The notes beneath the pieces were generated by a model. The model was not told the origin of the DNA. It was given only the letters and a program-made list of their open reading frames with translations, and ran no database searches. Made by a program: the position numbers and the translations under genes. A stretch of 63,716 nt of DNA, counting the filler, from Asterionella formosa (Eukaryota), in the NCBI GenBank assembly GCA_002256025.1. It is 7 parts of 7 records of this genome, joined end to end, with 100 filler letters (N's around TTAATTAATTAA, not from the genome) between each part and the next. Parts side by side here need not be neighbours in the genome. Positions count along the whole stretch, not along the records: positions 44,325 to 63,716 come from NKIB01003686.1; 6 more parts are not named here. One strand, written 5' to 3'. Shown in pieces: positions 61,714-63,716 of this stretch (position 1 is its first letter; the number at the start of each line of letters is the position of its first letter).

Positions 61714-62017
61714 TTGTGTAAACCATCCTTCCTTGTTTCTGATGAGGTCAGAACGACTGAATCAAAACTACGAATTCTTTCAGCCAATCAACAGCGAACG
61801 CGCTTATACAATTGACACATTACCACTCCTATTTTTTACCAGTTAATACCAGTCACCTATCTACCCCCCATTAATAGATGAATTGTGCTACAAGTATTAG
61901 GTGTTTCGTACTGTGAAAGCTCATAATTTCAAAACCATATATTGTGGAAACCATCCTTCCTTTTTTCCGATGAGGTCAGTAGGACGGATACAACATCGGA
62001 TACCTTAATCCAATCAA
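61714..62017 (+). repeat. Two ~80-bp direct repeats, 228 bp apart, with hammerhead-like core
   Basis: AAACCATCCTTCCTT(G/T)TTT..GATGAGGTCAG..GAC occurs twice. Confidence 0.55.
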
Positions 62018-62182
62018 AATTTACTGTTGGGTTCTTATTGTTGATACGACTTCAACCTGTTTATTTTTATTTTCTGGTCCTCCTACATACGATCACACAA
62101 AATCACGCAACCTGCTATGACAAGCGTTTATGGGTATATGCCAGAAGGAGCCACTCATCGCTGATTCATCAAGCATCATCTT

Positions 62183-62967
62183 ATGACCTCTCAACGCACC
62201 TCAATTACATTGTGTGGATACGCTTCCAGTGGCAGTAGAGCAAGCAATGCAAGCGATTTTTTAAACACCAAGCAAGGAACAATATCTAGCATCGGAGGAT
62301 ATTCTGCTGACAAGGAAGAAACAGTATCTCAGCCTCCATCCCAGAAAAAATTACGCAATAATCAAAAAAGAAATGCAATTGATGGTGACGAGAGCGCCAA
62401 ACGGCGGAGAATGAACGAGATGCACTTTACAGCTTCGACCGTACATCAGGATTTAGCTCGTGCAGGCATGACTTATCCTGAGGTTCGAACCACAAAACCC
62501 AGAGCTCCCACTTTAGCCAATGTGGATCTGAGCGGAGTGCATTTGATAAACTCGAAGGACATTACTTCTCCTGTCCTTGTTCCTGTTGCCGTGGACTGGG
62601 ACTCAAAGCTGACTTATGATCTGCTTACTGATTTTGGATCTGCCTACAATGATATACTAAGATCATGTGCTGCATATTATGTACCACCCTGTACCTCATC
62701 GAGGATAATTTAGTGATATCAGCAAATATTCATGAAAGATCAGTAATTCGCTGGCGCATTTTTGCATCTATTTCACAAAGTTTCGGCAATGGTGTGCCAT
62801 CACAGATCAAGGTGGATCTCAATGATGCGGTCATGTTAAGCATACAATTCAATCAGTCTAAACGCAAATCCACTTTCACTGCAGTTCTTGGATACTTCAA
62901 CAGATTTAGCGAGGGTCTTCTACTTGAAGGACCGGAGAATATTACACCAGAGTTCATCATCATATAA
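62183..62967 (+). other. Possible frameshifted gene remnant, no recognisable domain
   Basis: Two overlapping same-strand ORFs (176 and 100 aa) with protein-like composition. Confidence 0.25.
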
Positions 62968-63199
62968 TTACTAGACAATGCCATGGCGCATTCATCATTC
63001 GCCTTGTTGTAGGGTCAGTGATCTTCAATTCTTTTGATTACTCCTTCCCTCTGATTTGTTTGCTGTCCTAAAACAAGCTGAACTCAGGGCATCGGCTATA
63101 TAGGAGAAATGAAATATATGAACCCATTTTATATTAATATGAAGTACATAACTGAACAGTACAAGAACATTCTTGCTCTAAACAATAAAGAACACATCA

Positions 63200-63435
63200 A
63201 CAATAAAATGTCACTTAAATTTTATAGGATGTAAAAGCTATACAATTATCGCACTTTTGCTCACTTGAATGGAATCAATTAGTATCGGTTTTTATTTGTC
63301 GGTAATGTCAGCCTCACACCTGGAACCCTAAGGACTACATAAAAGAAAGACATGTGGAGAATGCAGGATTCGAACCTGCCACTTGATGAGGTGTGCTGAA
63401 AAATTAAGCCATTTCCCCAACGAAAACATCAACAA
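63200..63435 (-). repeat. Dispersed repeat with tRNA-like head (63355-63418), copy B
   Basis: Perfect T arm GCAGG-TTCGAAT-CCTGC; acceptor-like GGGGAA/TTCTCC; body matches 58665-58840. Confidence 0.7.
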
Positions 63436-63716
63436 TATGAATATGGCTGTGTCTCCACTTAGACTCAATTGGGTTGCCACTGCTGTAGGTCTATGAAATG
63501 TGCGTTTTTAATCCAAATGAGATTTTATACAACAGTAAACAGATATATCTAGAATGAATAAAGGTTGATGCAACTGGGAAAGGAACTCAATATCATCAAT
63601 CATCATTCATGAAGCTCAATCGGAATCCACTGGTTGTAGAGTGAAATTTGTGCACTCACCAACTTGAACCTTAGTTTGTGGCAGCCCCTTCAAGGGATAG
63701 TTTCTACTCATCAGGA

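Overview
This is eukaryotic nuclear DNA, most likely from a diatom. Support comes from CoDi-type Ty1/copia elements, ~80-bp GT-AG introns, bipartite plastid-targeting-like N-termini and an RRL-processed secreted protein. The window is not one locus. It is seven pieces (1-19451, 19552-39002, 39103-40308, 40409-41614, 41715-42919, 43020-44224, 44325-63716) joined by identical 100-nt N44-TTAATTAATTAA-N44 linkers, so adjacency across linkers means nothing. Host genes are a fucosyltransferase-like gene with one nonsense codon, a SnoaL/NTF2 protein, an AlkD glycosylase, a Pro/Thr- and Cys-rich secreted protein, three coiled-coil genes (two sharing an unnamed domain), a ferredoxin-domain plastid protein, a 988-aa membrane protein, a putative Zn-binding protein and ORC5. 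Most sit in tight convergent pairs amid decayed copia, gypsy, hAT-like, Harbinger, Tc1/mariner and Stowaway-like elements. The most notable signals are: (i) widespread TA-CC(N)GG-TA micro-insertions that repeat-copy comparisons show to be indels at TA, probably transposon excision footprints that seed heptamer satellites; (ii) the paralogous coiled-coil cluster; (iii) a dispersed repeat carrying a miniature tRNA-like Pol III unit; (iv) a dispersed repeat carrying a dead SdrD-B adhesin fragment; (v) two tandem degenerate hammerhead-like motifs.
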